The notes under the pieces were generated by a model. It was not told where the DNA came from, made no database searches, and saw nothing but the letters and a program-made list of their open reading frames with translations. 64,000 nt of DNA from Salpingoeca rosetta (taxonomy: Eukaryota > Protista > Choanoflagellata), in contig JAWQFM010000001.1 of NCBI GenBank assembly GCA_033442325.1, positions 2,145,479 to 2,209,478 of the forward strand. Direction: 5' to 3'. Of this stretch, positions 50,171 to 64,000 are shown one piece after another (the stretch's first letter is position 1; the number at the start of each line of letters is the position of its first letter). A program made the translations under genes and the position numbers.

Positions 50171-50270
50171 NNNNNNNNNNNNNNNNNNNNNNNNNNNNNN
50201 NNNNNNNNNNNNNNNNNNNNNNNNNNNNNNNNNNNNNNNNNNNNNNNNNNNNNNNNNNNNNNNNNNNNNN
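50171..50270. other. Assembly gap (100 N)
   Basis: Run of n within (CA)n. Confidence 1.
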
Positions 50271-50335
<65 letters not shown>

Positions 50336-50360
50336 GCACACACACAAGCACAAGCACAAG

Positions 50361-50393
<33 letters not shown>

Positions 50394-50403
50394 CGCAAGG
50401 ACG

Positions 50404-56514
<6,111 letters not shown>

Positions 56515-56903
56515 CGTGGTACCGCTGCTGGCCTCGGCCTGTTCTTGCGCCGCGTTGCGTTGTGGGATGCGTCGTACTTGCGTCGAGTCCCGCTCTTTGC
56601 TTTCTTCGTGTCCAGGCGTGTTCCTTTTGCCTTGGCGCACGTCGTTTTTACTTGCCTGCTCTTATTTTCACATCGCTACGCTGGTGTCGGTGCTGCTGGC
56701 CTTCGCTTGCACGTGCTTTGCCCATTGCTTCGTTCATTGCCCTGCTGTTCTTCCGCCCGCCCTGTGCTGCGTGCTCTTGTTCCCGCTTCCTTTGTACCTG
56801 CTTTCTCTTGTTTGATCGATATTACTTGACTGTTGCTTGCCCTGCTGCCGATTGCAGCCGCAGCCGTTTGCGTGCGCTGCTTGTGATAGACCGTGTCACC
56901 CCG

Positions 56904-57795
<892 letters not shown>

Positions 57796-58062
57796 CTTCA
57801 CCGTCCTTCGCCTTGTGAATGGAGGACAGTGTCCTGGTTTTAGTACAGCACAAAATTAGACCAGCAACGACGAGTGTGTTGGCTGGTGGCGTTTTTGCTG
57901 TGTTGTTTTGTTTGTGTTCCCTCCTCCTCCTTTTGTTTGCTTCTTTCGTGTTCTTCTTCACGACGTCCCTCGTCCGCGACACCCACTCTCATCTTCCTCT
58001 CTCACCCCTTCCTCCCTCTAGTTGAGCAGCACGACCCTGTTGTTGCAGGAGTGGCGGCCGAT

Positions 58063-60195
58063 ATGGCGGTGGACAAGAGCAAAGCGGCGTTTGGGCTGCT
58101 GCACAAGCCCATGCTGGCGCTGGTGCTGATTGCTGACGTGTGGATTGTGTTTTTCCCGTCGCCGGAGCTTGGCAAGTATGTGATGCCGGTCCTGCAGGCT
58201 GCCGTCTTTTGGGCACAGAACATGGTTTGCCTGGTCACTGGCGACAAGCCCATGACCCCAGAGACCTTTGAAGGCGAGTTCCCCGTCGCCACCGTTATCC
58301 CACTGAGCCTTGCCATGGTTTTGGGCTTCTTCCTAGCCGAACGCATTGTCGAGGTGAGTCAACTGTGCCGTGGCGAATGAGGGTGGCGTGCACTGTTGTG
58401 TCATGGACAGGTTTGTGCACTGTTGTGTCTGTGTGTTTTGCGTGTTTGTGTGTTTGTGTGTTTGTGTGTTTGTGTGCGTGTTTTGTGTTTCTGTGTATGT
58501 GCGTGGTGTATGTGAACTGTTTGCGCCTGCTCGTGTGCTCGTGTATGCTACCCCTGCTTGTACTGGCCACTCGTGTGTGAGTTTTAGTTGTTGCAAGCAG
58601 AGACATACTCTGTCCCTTCAAATCCCTTCAACACATTCACACACACACTGCCGCTCACGTGCGCACGCACGCACACACATACGTATCCTGCAGTTTGTGA
58701 GTAAGCGGTTTGCCGAGCCCACAGACGCACCAAAGTTTGCAGAGTGCTTTGTACGTTGTAGCTACTACACCATCATGTTCTTCGTCGCCCTCTACGTCAT
58801 TAGCACTGAGGACTACTGGCCAAACACCCGCAACTGCTGGGTCAAATCCCAGGCCACGTACGTGTCTTGTCTTCCCCCCTCCCCACCCACCTTGCTCCAC
58901 TTGCCCACACCCCTCTGCACAAAATGCTCCCCAAAACACCACTTTCTGTTGCTTTTGTGGTCCTTGACTTCTCCCCTCAGTCCTTCAACGCACATATGCG
59001 CGCTCACTAGCTCACTCATCTACCCACTCACCCACCCACTCATCCACCCACTCACCCACCCACTCACCCACCCACTCACCCACTCATCCACGCACGCAAC
59101 ATGCGATGTTTACACTCGCCACAGAGGCGAGCACCGACAGCCCAAGCCGATGATCCTGCAAGTGAACTACATCGTGGAGCTGTCCTACTACATTTCTGGC
59201 ATTGTGCTGCACACACTCGTTGATGAGAAGCTGACCGACTTTTGGATCATGCTCCTTCACCACGTGGTCACCGTCTGCCTGCTCGCCTTTAGCTACTTCC
59301 ACAACTTCCACCGCATCGGCATGCTTGGTGCGTTGCTCCGCCCTGCTCGGTGTTCCAGGGTTGATGTATCGTTGTTGTATCTTCTGTTGTGTAAGCTGTC
59401 ATGCTACGCTCCATCGCTCACCCCTGCGCCCATGTTGTGTGCGTGTGTGTGTGTGTGTGTTCCTGCCCTGCCGCTGGTTACAGTGTTGATGGTGCACGAT
59501 GTGAGCGACATCTTCCTCGACTCGGGGAAGTGCTTCCACTTTCTTAAATGGGAATCGTTTGCCACCGTGACGTTCGTTGGCCTCATCACATCGTGGGCCA
59601 TGTACCGCCTCTACCTCTATCCAACAAAGGTGAAGAGTGCACTTGTGTGTGTGTGTGTGTGTTAGTGCGTGTGAGTTTGTGTATCTGTGTGTGTGCATGT
59701 ATGTTCGTGTTCGTGTGCGTGTGTGCTTGTGTTTTGCGTGTGTGAATGCGTGCTCATGCCTCACGTCACCCTTTACTTCACACACATACCAACCCCTATG
59801 CAATCCCCTGTGCAACCGCTCACTTGCCCATCACCACCACCAATGCCACTGCCACTGCCAGCTGCTGTACTCTGCTGCTTTTGAAGGATACGAGGTCACG
59901 TTTGTTGACGAGGGACACGAGCCCTTCACCATGTTCTATCTCCTCAACATTTGGCTCAACATCCTCCAGGTGCCCGCTCCCTCTATGCACCCCCCTGCTC
60001 TTGCTTCATGCTGCATGCTGCTCTTGCTGCATGTACTGCCCTTCCTTGCGTGTCTGCTCTTGCTCTGGTGTCAGGTTGTCTGTTGGGATGGTTTTTGCAA
60101 TCTCCCTTCACACACACACACACACTCTCTCTCTCTCTCTCTCACACGCTCACACACACGCATGCACACACACGCGCTCACGCACGCACACACAC

Positions 60196-60227
<32 letters not shown>

Positions 60228-60356
60228 GGGTGCCATCCTTTGTAGGTGTTGCACGTGTACTGGTTCTATCTGATCTTGAAGGTCGCATACAAGCACTTGA
60301 TGGAGGGCGAGCTGCGGGATGTGCGGATGGAGAAGGACGCAAAGAAGGCCCAATGA
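58063..60356 (+). CDS. CERS: Ceramide synthase (LAG1/TLC family), no homeodomain
   Basis: KFAECF, YIVELSYY, Lag1 motif DFWIMLLHHVVTVCLLAFSY..RIGML|VLMVHDVSDIFL..K, and LQ|VLHVYWFYLILKVA..DVR. C-terminal KKAQ* is a KKxx ER-retrieval signal. Confidence 0.93.
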
Positions 60357-60844
60357 GCACAACCTACAACCAGGACAACACACGCACCCTATCTCTGTCC
60401 CGCGCGCGCATATAGAAACACTGCTTTTGTTTGTGTGTGTATGTGTGTTTGTGTGTGTGCGTGTGTGTGCGTGCATGAGCCCAAGTGCGCCTGCACAACT
60501 GCACGCACCGCCACACTTTGTGTTGTTGTGCCTTTGGCGGTGGTTCGTCGCCAGTGATGTACAGCTTGTTTGGTGCCGCTGGGTTCTTTCATTGAACCGA
60601 AATCCACCATTGTGATAGCCGCTCTTGCTCGCACAGTGTGTGTGTGTGTGTGTGTGTGTGCGTGTGTGTGCGTGTGCCTGCGTGCGTTCGTGTGCATGTC
60701 CCGTGCATGAAGTTGTGACGTTGTGACATTGTGACATTGTGACGTTGTGGCGTGTGGTCTACTCAAATCATCGCCCCCTTTGCAACTAAACACAGCGTGA
60801 TAGTAGATTGCACGGCAGGCAACGAGACAAGCGGCGTGTGCTGT

Positions 60845-60938
<94 letters not shown>

Positions 60939-60965
60939 CACGGAGACACACAGCAACCGCTGTAG

Positions 60966-63900
60966 CTACGGGGCGTGATAGCAGAGGAGAACGCCCACGC
61001 GCGCGTCAGCCACAGCCGCCTTGAAGTCTGCGTCGGGCGGGGGGATGCGGCCCGTCTGCTTGCGGATTGCAGTGCGACGCTGGCACGCAGCACGGTACAA
61101 GTGGCGCTCCCCTGCAGCCACAACGTAAAAGGAGGAAGGAAAAGGCGGCGAGGCGGGGGGCGAGCATGAAAAAGAGCGTGAGCATAAAAGAGTGTGGGTC
61201 GTGCTATTGGTGCTGGGAAACACGAACGGATGAGGATTTGCGTAAGCCCTTCAAACCATGCACAAGCAAATCACAAATACAAGTCCAACCTCGTCCAACA
61301 CCGCGACCACCACCATTCACCACTGTTACCACCAGTTCCTCTTCCCTTGCCCTCCCACATCGCCCCGCTTGCCACTCACCGAGACCAACGACAAGCAGGA
61401 GGTCGTTTGCGTGTGCGTCTGTCGGCGCCAGTGCCTGCACCAACTCATGAACCGTCGTTGCGGCATCAGCAACCGCTTCCCCACGCCCCAACGCCTGGTC
61501 AAGCGCAGCCGTCTCAACGACAAGCAGCTTGCTCGCCCGTGCAACGCTGCCGTTCACTGCCCGCTTCGCCTCTGCAAGCGTGTCGGCCTGCACCACATGC
61601 ACGCCAAACTTGGACATGGCCTGGCACAGAAAGTGCGAACCAATGACGCAACCAGTGTGCTTTGGATCAAACTGCCGCACACCAGCAGGTGTCGCACTCC
61701 CCTGTCCACGCGCATCCCCTTGCTTACCACCACCTTTCTCCTTCCCACCATCACCATCCTCACCACCACCATTACCACCATCACCATCCTCACCACCACC
61801 ATTACCACCATCACCATCCTCGCCTTCGTCCATCCTCCTCCTCCTCCTCCTCCTCTCTTCCTGCTCCTCCTCGCGCTGCTGCTGCTGCCGCTCCAGCCGC
61901 CTGCGCGTGTGCACGAAGACATTGGTTTCCTCGTCCGGCGGCCTGAGCGACGACCGCCCCTTCTCCAACTTCAACTGCGCCAGATGCAGACACGCGCGCG
62001 CGTCCTCAATGCTGCAGTGCCCGTGGGACGCAGCGCTCGCAAGCACAACCGATGACTTTGACGCCGTCGTTGTCGTTGTTGTCGTCGTCGTGGCTGTTGT
62101 GGAAGGGTTCTGTACCACCATGCTGACCTGTTCTGCGGGCGCCGCAACACTCGCGCCGTCCTCGCTCTTTGCCCGCTTCACCTGCTGCTCCTCATCATCA
62201 TCGTCATCGCCGTCTGTAGCGGTTGCTGGTCCTGTGGCTGTCGATGTGGACATTGCCTCGGTGGTGTGAGCGCGGTCCGTGGCGCCGCTCTGCTTGCTGT
62301 CGTTGTTGCTGGTGGTGGTGCTGTTACTGGTGTTAGCGTTGCTGTTGGTAGCGCTGCTTGTGGTTGCCTCGTGTGCTGCCCGCTTCCTTTGCTGATGCTG
62401 CACCGCTGCCGTTGTAGTCGTAGTCGTGGTCGTGGTCGTGGCTGTGGTCGTGGTTGTTGCCTGTGCGGCAACCATGGAAGTGCTGCCCTGCGCTGTGGTG
62501 ATGACTTGTGCCACTGCCACCTCACGTGATAATGACGTTGTCTTTGCTGCGGTCGCACCCTTGTCCTTTGTTCCATCGTCCTGTGCAGTCGATGCGCCTG
62601 ATTGCGCCGGCGTTCGTGTCGTCGAGACTCTTGCCATCACCGTGGACACCGACACGGCCGCCCCCTGCTTATTCTCCTGTGCCACATCGCCACCATCACA
62701 ATCATCACCATCATCATCGCCACCATCACCAACACGAGCCACACCGCTCTGCTGTGGGGTGACTTGCCCCTCCCGCTGAATGCGGCGCTGCAAGTGCGAC
62801 TCTGCCAGCGTCTTCAGCTTGGGCTTGTACCCGCCCCGCCGCGTGCCCTGGTACAGGATGGCCGTGTCGACGATGCGTGTGTGCCGCAGCGAGAGCGCGC
62901 GGAGATCGTTCTCGAGCGAGTGGCCGACGAGGATGTCGTGGCGCGTCATGATGCTGCACATTGCGCGGCGCACGTCAGCCAGGGTGGTAGTGACGCCCTC
63001 CAGCATGGCAGCCGTGATGCCGCTGTACTTGGTCACGTAGTCGCGAATCGGGTTTGGCGGCTGCACCAGCGTGTCCAGCACAACGCGATCGCGCTCGTCA
63101 ATGATCGAGATGCGCGTCAGCTCAAACCCATTGTCCGTAATGCACATCTCACAGTCGAGAGCAAACACCCGCGGTGACATTTGCTGCTGCTGCTGCTGCT
63201 GCTGTTCGTGCTGGTGTTGCTGTGGTGGTACGACTGCTGCTGGTGCTGTTGGTGCTGTTGTCTTGCTCGCACCATCAGTGCCGCCGGCGCTTTGGCCGTG
63301 GTTACCATTGCCACTGTGCCTGGCATCAGGCAGCTGCCAGTACGATGGCGGAGGTGCAGCGCTGCTGCTGGTGGTGGCTGTGGACGGCGAGGACCGCGAC
63401 GCGCTTGCCGGCTGGCTGGCATGACTGGCTGTGTCGGTGACAGGCAGGTATTCGTTGTCGATGAGCTGCTGCTCCGTCAAGAGGAGGTCGGTCCACGTGA
63501 TGCGGTCGTCATTCTCGTCGTGTGCACTGCTGCCTTGCGAGGAAGAATTGTTCTTCTTGGACTTGTTCTGCTTCTTCTGCTGATAGCGGGGTGGTGGGAC
63601 GGAGTTCAGAAGAGCAATGGATCCAATCTCCACAAACGCATCCGCACCCGGCAGCTTCAGCACCCGCTTGAAGGAGGGCGTCGGTGTCGCTTCTGACGGC
63701 TGCGTGGGCTCCGACGATGGGGCTGACGTTGACGTTGAGGCGACGCCCGTTGAAGCGACGCCCGTTGCGCCCTCATCCTTGACTTGGAGCTGTTGAGCGG
63801 GAGTGTCGTTCTTGCTTGCGTTGGTTTTGGGTGAAGATGAAAGTGCTGCTTCAGGCTCACCAAACGGAACACCCACGACTCGCTGGCACGTGCGCAGGGA

Positions 63901-64000
63901 GTCGGGCGAGAGGCCTTGCACAAGAAGGACGCGAACCTGCCCGAGGCGTTCCTGGTGCTCGAGCCGAAATCCGTGGCTCTTCGGGGCGACAGTGCCAAAA
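60966..64000 (-). CDS. REX1/REXO1/REXO5-like DEDDh 3'-5' RNA exonuclease (5' end outside the window)
   Basis: ExoI FALDCEMC..ELTRISI, then DYVTKYSGIT, ExoII LVGHSLENDLRAL, IVDTAILY, LKTLA..RIQ and ExoIII GHCSIEDARAC. The last exon ends ..KAAVADARVGVLLCYHAP* at 60966. Confidence 0.9.

Overview
Intron-rich, GC-rich eukaryotic genomic DNA with (GT)n/(CA)n microsatellites in most introns. Composition and gene content suggest a choanoflagellate, probably Salpingoeca rosetta (inference). Most ORF-track entries are microsatellite translation noise. By splicing exons by eye I reconstruct about 17 protein-coding genes: a probable CapZ-alpha first exon, a C1-PTP-C1 tyrosine phosphatase, a minimal Dcp1-like EVH1 protein, TAF6, two hypothetical proteins, a WD40 protein, a CSPP1-motif protein, an intronless catalytically dead PI-PLC, an LRR receptor TKL kinase, a kynurenine-type aminotransferase, CELF/Bruno, RPGRIP1L, a TBC Rab-GAP, a 91-aa three-exon ASDURF-like beta-prefoldin that never appears whole in the ORF track, a ceramide synthase, and a REXO-type exonuclease with a ~250-aa insertion. 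Fourteen of these genes sit in seven head-to-head pairs. The most notable observations are the stand-alone ASDURF-like gene, a recurring intron polarity (GU-rich near donors, complementary CA-rich near acceptors), the C1-PTP-C1 architecture, the pseudo-PLC, and two compositionally foreign inserts inside microsatellites. Family assignments come from remembered motifs, not database searches.
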